From assembly GCA_020510985.1 (NCBI GenBank), contig CM035838.1, forward strand, positions 342,515,700 through 342,579,699: a stretch of 64,000 nucleotides of DNA, read 5' to 3'. The stretch is from Pholidichthys leucotaenia. Taxonomy: Eukaryota. The notes under the pieces are model-generated. The model saw nothing but the letters and a program-made list of their open reading frames with translations. It made no database searches and had not been told where the DNA came from. The first letter of the stretch is position 1. Every line of letters begins with the position of its first letter. The translations under genes and the position numbers were made by a program. Of this stretch, positions 63,046 to 64,000 are shown one piece after another.

Positions 63046-64000
63046 ATCTCAGAATCAGAATCAGAATCAGAATGAGATTTATTGCCATTGTTCATGTAGT
63101 ACACAAACTAGGAATTTGTCTCGGTGCAATGCTGCAACATTAAACATTAAACATTTTTAAAATAAAAAACTATGCATGCAATAAAATGTAAAATATGAAT
63201 GAGTAATACTAATCTATGCAATTATTAAATATATTAACAAGTAGCAGATATTGTGGAGTTCCACATAGTGCAGACGGTAGTGCAAAAGAAAACAGTGATA
63301 ATTGTCATGAGACCGGTTGAGCTGCTGTACGTAGTGCACGAGAGTCTAATAAGTCACTTAGTGTTCAGCAGTCTGATGGCAGAGGGGAAGAAGCTGTTCA
63401 TGTAGCGGGAGGTTTTAGTCTGAATGGACCGAAGTCTTCTACCTGAGGGGAGGGGGGCAAACAGTGCGTGTCCAGGGTGTGATGGGTCGGCTATGATCCG
63501 ACCTGCACGCCTACGGGTCCTGGAGGTGTACAGGTCCTGGAGGGATGGGAGCTTGCAGCCGATCACCTTCTCAGCAGCGCACACAACGCGCTGCAGTCTT
63601 AGTCTGTCCCTGGCAGTGGCTCCTGCGTACCACACGGTGATAGAGGTGGTGAGGATGGACTCGATGATGGCTATGTAGAACTGCACCAACATCTTGGTGG
63701 GTAGCTTGAGCTTCCTCAGCTGCCGCAGGAAGAACATCCTCTGCTGGGCCTTTTTGATGAGGGAGCTGATGGTCGACTCCCACTTGAGGTCCCGGGTGAT
63801 GGTGGTGCCCAGGAAGCGGAAGGAATCCGTAGTGGTGATGGGAGAGTCTGTGAGGGTAAGGGGGGGCAGAGGGGCTGTGACTTTTCTGAAGTCCACGATC
63901 ATCTCCACTGTCTTCAGAGCGTTCAGCTGCAGGTTGTTGTGGCTGCACCAGGACGCCAGCTGGGCCACCTCTGTCCTGTAGGTGGACTCGTCGCCGTTGG
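63046..64000 (-). mobile_element. LINE copy C (3' part; same superfamily as copies A and B but a different family), continuing beyond the window
   Basis: The minus-strand ORF at 63354-63968 encodes an RT C-terminus (FLGTTITRDLKWESTISSLIKKAQQRMFFLRQLRKLKLP...SFFPSAIRLLN) colinear with the copy A RT C-terminus. The 3' tail (gaatca)n lies at 63046-63075. Confidence 0.7.
63354..63968 (-). CDS. LINE reverse transcriptase C-terminal part
   Basis: See the LINE copy C entry. Confidence 0.7.
   Translation of the reverse strand: MAQLASWCSHNNLQLNALKTVEMIVDFRKVTAPLPPLTLTDSPITTTDSFRFLGTTITRDLKWESTISSLIKKAQQRMFFLRQLRKLKLPTKMLVQFYIAIIESILTTSITVWYAGATARDRLRLQRVVCAAEKVIGCKLPSLQDLYTSRTRRRAGRIIADPSHPGHALFAPLPSGRRLRSIQTKTSRYMNSFFPSAIRLLNTK

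Overview
This window is vertebrate (teleost-fish-like) nuclear DNA, not a prokaryotic locus. I found no defence island, operon, CRISPR array or other novel system. The main content is a complete major vault protein gene (mvp) on the minus strand, running from the stop codon at 7422 to the start codon at 51611. I reconstructed 16 coding exons, about 879 aa in total, colinear with human MVP from '[34 protein letters not shown]' to '[20 protein letters not shown]...'. All introns have GT-AG splice sites except one apparent GC-AG intron. The introns and flanks are packed with transposable elements. Three copies of a compact Ty3/Gypsy-like LTR retrotransposon are present, two of them complete with LTRs and 4-bp target-site duplications (TSDs). 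There are three LINE copies with an endonuclease and reverse transcriptase in one ORF, possibly Rex1-like (CR1 superfamily); their 3'UTR carries a 56-bp satellite. There are four or five Tc1-like DNA transposons, one of them split by a LINE insertion flanked by two halves of an inverted LINE 3'UTR. There are also several tRNA-derived SINEs with TSDs, a hAT-type non-autonomous element with an 8-bp TSD, microsatellites and unclassified tandem repeats. Upstream of mvp there is a candidate non-coding exon 1 and promoter, and further upstream an isolated exon-like segment of an unidentified plus-strand gene. I translated by eye, so exon coordinates may be off by a few nucleotides. TE family assignments are my own recognition and are not database-verified.
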